Assembly (NCBI GenBank): GCA_965205505.1
Contig: CBDBHB010000003.1
Location: 1 to 30,969, forward strand
Direction: 5' to 3'
Source of the DNA: Acidobacteriota bacterium
Lineage (GTDB): Bacteria > Acidobacteriota > UBA890 > WLXD01
Length of the DNA stretch: 30,969 bases
In this document: one piece after another, positions 28,782 through 30,969 of the stretch
Numbering within the stretch: the first letter of the stretch is position 1
Layout of the letters: every line of letters starts with the position of its first letter
The notes under the pieces: generated by a model
Told to the model about the DNA's origin: nothing
The model's input: only the letters and a program-made list of their open reading frames with translations
Database searches by the model: none
Program-made: the position numbers and the translations under genes

Positions 28782-29043
28782 CAGGGCGAGCCTGTCGCGG
28801 CAGCGTGGCTCGGCCGCTCAGCTGTCCTCGCCTGGCTGCCGCGGCTGATTCACAGCCACGGCACGCGCCGAGCCGGAGTCGTGGTAGTCCTCGGAGGTGA
28901 AGTCGTAGCCGGCCTGCTTGCCAACGTCGACGAGCGTGTCCAGGCGCTCTCCCCTCCACCTGGAGAAGACCCGGGATCCGTGGTTGCATACCGCTCAGCC
29001 AACATCCTCGCCCGGAGGGGCCAGCACGCAGGAGCAAGTGCAC

Positions 29044-30969
29044 GTGTTCGACGGTTCCCGACGTCTCTTCTTGGGCCGGGCAGGACTCTTCGCCGGCGGC
29101 AGCCTGATCTCTCGCGAGCTCGGCGCCTGGCAGGCCGGCGCATGGCGCCCGGTCGCGCAGGGGGCGCTGCGGGCCGTCGATGCCGGAAACGTCCGCGTGT
29201 CGCGCGGCCCCTGGACCACTCTGCCGGAGATGATGCCGGGTGTGAACCTCGAGAGCCTGCGGCTGCGGATGCCCGACGGGGTACGCCTGCACGCCTTCCT
29301 CTACCTCCCCGCGTCGCTGTCCGGTGGCCAGAAGGTACCGGGCCTACTGGGCGTCAGACCGTATCGGGCCGCTCCGAACGCCGACAACTACCTGGCGCAC
29401 CACGACTACGCGTCGCTCTTCGTCGACGTCAGGGGCACCGGCAGCTCCGAGGGCACCCCGCTCGACGAGTACTCCGCTCAGGAGCACGAGGACACCGCGC
29501 ACATCATCGACTGGCTGTCTAAGCAGCCCTGGTGCAACGGCAACATCGGCATGTACGGCGGCTCCTACTCGGCGATCAATACCGTGTGGGTCGCGGCGGC
29601 GATCCAGCCCCCCGCTCTCAAGGCCATCTTCGTGCTCAACGGCAACGACACCCGCTACACGGACGACATCCACTTTCCGGGCGGCGCGATGTTGATGGTC
29701 GACAACTCCTGGGCCATCGGCATGGTGGCCTCGAATTCCATGCCCGGAGCGCCCGACTACCTGCTGTACAGTCAGGCCTCGATGGACCGCTGGGACACCC
29801 CCCCATGGCTGCAGGGCTTCCTGCATCACCAGCGGTACGGACCGTACTGGGAGCACGGCTCCCTGGCGCCGGACTACGAGCGGCTGACAACGCCGACGTT
29901 CCTTGGTGGCGGCTACCTCGACATTTACCAGAACTTCGTGCCGCGCATCATGAGGAACTCCCCCGCCGTCACCCGAGGCGTGTTGGGGCCCTGGCACCAT
30001 AACGGCGGCCCCGGCCCACTGATGGACTGGGACGCCATGCGCCTCAAGTGGTTCGACCGCTGGCTCAAGGGAATCGACAACGGCATCGACCGCGAGCCCC
30101 GGGCGTCGTTCTACATGCCGCGCTGGCAGCCTCAGAGCTTCCGATACACGGGCATCGTGCCGGGTGAGTGGCGGCATCTGGACGACTGGCCCGACACGGC
30201 GTTCGATCCTGGCGAGCGCTTCTATCTGCGGCCCGAGCCGGAGTTGCCGGTGGCCGAGGCGCTGACTGCTGACACGGCTCCCGGCCAAGGCGGACAGCTG
30301 GCACCGATGTCCGGGCAGGACTCGGCCTTGTCGCTGCGGTATCACCCGGCAACCGGGGGATGGGGACAGTCATTCGGTCCGACGCGTGGCGAGGGTTATT
30401 ACGGGCTCGACCATCGCGGTGAGGACACCTACGGGCTGGCATTCGACACCGAGCCACTGCGCCAGCCGCTGGAAATTCTGGGGTTCACAAAGGCTCGCCT
30501 GTTCGTGTCGTCCACGGCCCCTGTTGCCACCTGGATCGTCAGGCTCAACGACGTCGCCGCCGACGGCACCTCGTACCTGGTGTCGCGCGGCTATCTCAAC
30601 GGGACCCACCGAAGCTCGCACAGCAATCCCACGCCCCTCGCCCCGGGCGAGGTCTACGAGATCGAGGTCGAGCTCTGGTGCGTCGGTTACGCTTTCGAGC
30701 CCGGCCATCGCATTCGCCTGGTGGTGACGAACGCCGACTTCCCGGTGATCTGGCCCTCGCCGCATCTGATGACGACGACGCTCTACACCGGCGGCGATCG
30801 TCCGTCGCATGTCGACCTGCCGGTTCTTCAACAGCAACCATACGGGGCGGCGGAGCTACACCTCCTGCCGGAGGACGATCCCAGATCGGCAGCGGCGGAG
30901 AGGGACAACGTGCAGGTCTACCAGCGAATTCAGGACGTCGCTACCGGTGACCACACGGCCTACTTCGAG
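29044..30969 (+). CDS. Tat-exported CocE/NonD-family serine hydrolase (3' end beyond the window)
   Basis: Not in the ORF track because there is no stop in the window. The frame reads SRRLFL, MPDGVRL, PYR, VDVRGTGSSEG, WLSKQPWCNGNIGMYGGSY, GPWHH and PGHRIRL. AGGAG RBS at 29030. Confidence 0.88.
   Translation, partial: MFDGSRRLFLGRAGLFAGGSLISRELGAWQAGAWRPVAQGALRAVDAGNVRVSRGPWTTLPEMMPGVNLESLRLRMPDGVRLHAFLYLPASLSGGQKVPGLLGVRPYRAAPNADNYLAHHDYASLFVDVRGTGSSEGTPLDEYSAQEHEDTAHIIDWLSKQPWCNGNIGMYGGSYSAINTVWVAAAIQPPALKAIFVLNGNDTRYTDDIHFPGGAMLMVDNSWAIGMVASNSMPGAPDYLLYSQASMDRWDTPPWLQGFLHHQRYGPYWEHGSLAPDYERLTTPTFLGGGYLDIYQNFVPRIMRNSPAVTRGVLGPWHHNGGPGPLMDWDAMRLKWFDRWLKGIDNGIDREPRASFYMPRWQPQSFRYTGIVPGEWRHLDDWPDTAFDPGERFYLRPEPELPVAEALTADTAPGQGGQLAPMSGQDSALSLRYHPATGGWGQSFGPTRGEGYYGLDHRGEDTYGLAFDTEPLRQPLEILGFTKARLFVSSTAPVATWIVRLNDVAADGTSYLVSRGYLNGTHRSSHSNPTPLAPGEVYEIEVELWCVGYAFEPGHRIRLVVTNADFPVIWPSPHLMTTTLYTGGDRPSHVDLPVLQQQPYGAAELHLLPEDDPRSAAAERDNVQVYQRIQDVATGDHTAYFE

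Noticed and set aside
920-30950. Long antisense or alternate-frame ORFs (for example 1422-2498, 5389-6552, 12279-13325, 22577-23692, 29344-30345)
   Set aside because: They are Arg/Pro-rich shadow ORFs typical of high-GC DNA and overlap well-supported genes.
1-30969. Genome-wide UGA reassignment (code 4 or 25)
   Set aside because: TGA is the evident true stop of many genes (7420, 9894, 16078, 19659, 20355, 22075), several with GTGA/ATGA/TGATG coupling.
1-30969. CRISPR array, tRNA (including tRNA-Sec), rRNA or known riboswitch
   Set aside because: I saw no regularly spaced repeats or recognisable conserved RNA motifs by eye. A covariance-model search was not run.

Overview
This is a GC-rich (roughly 65%) bacterial accessory/catabolic region. 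The PadR plus duplicated-permease (ADOP-type) pair suggests Acidobacteriota or Gemmatimonadota (inference). It holds a sugar operon (MFS, FGGY kinase, class II aldolase, HAD), many lipoprotein or Tat-exported enzymes, a membrane cPLA2/patatin-like lipase, a sodium:solute symporter, an atypical sulfatase-like protein and a partial CocE/NonD hydrolase. The main hidden signal is three in-frame TGA codons at catalytic-Cys positions, each followed by a SECIS-like hairpin. They define a UxxC redoxin (8687-9199), a lipoprotein rhodanese (19216-19659) and a 5'-truncated GrdB/PrdB-like UxxC gene (about 18813-19158). The ORF track splits or truncates all three. Also present are a 278-bp CTAG-bounded MITE with two further remnants, several deleted gene remnants and two operator arrays. 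About eight single-base frameshifts look like long-read errors. All family calls come from motif recognition; no database search was run.
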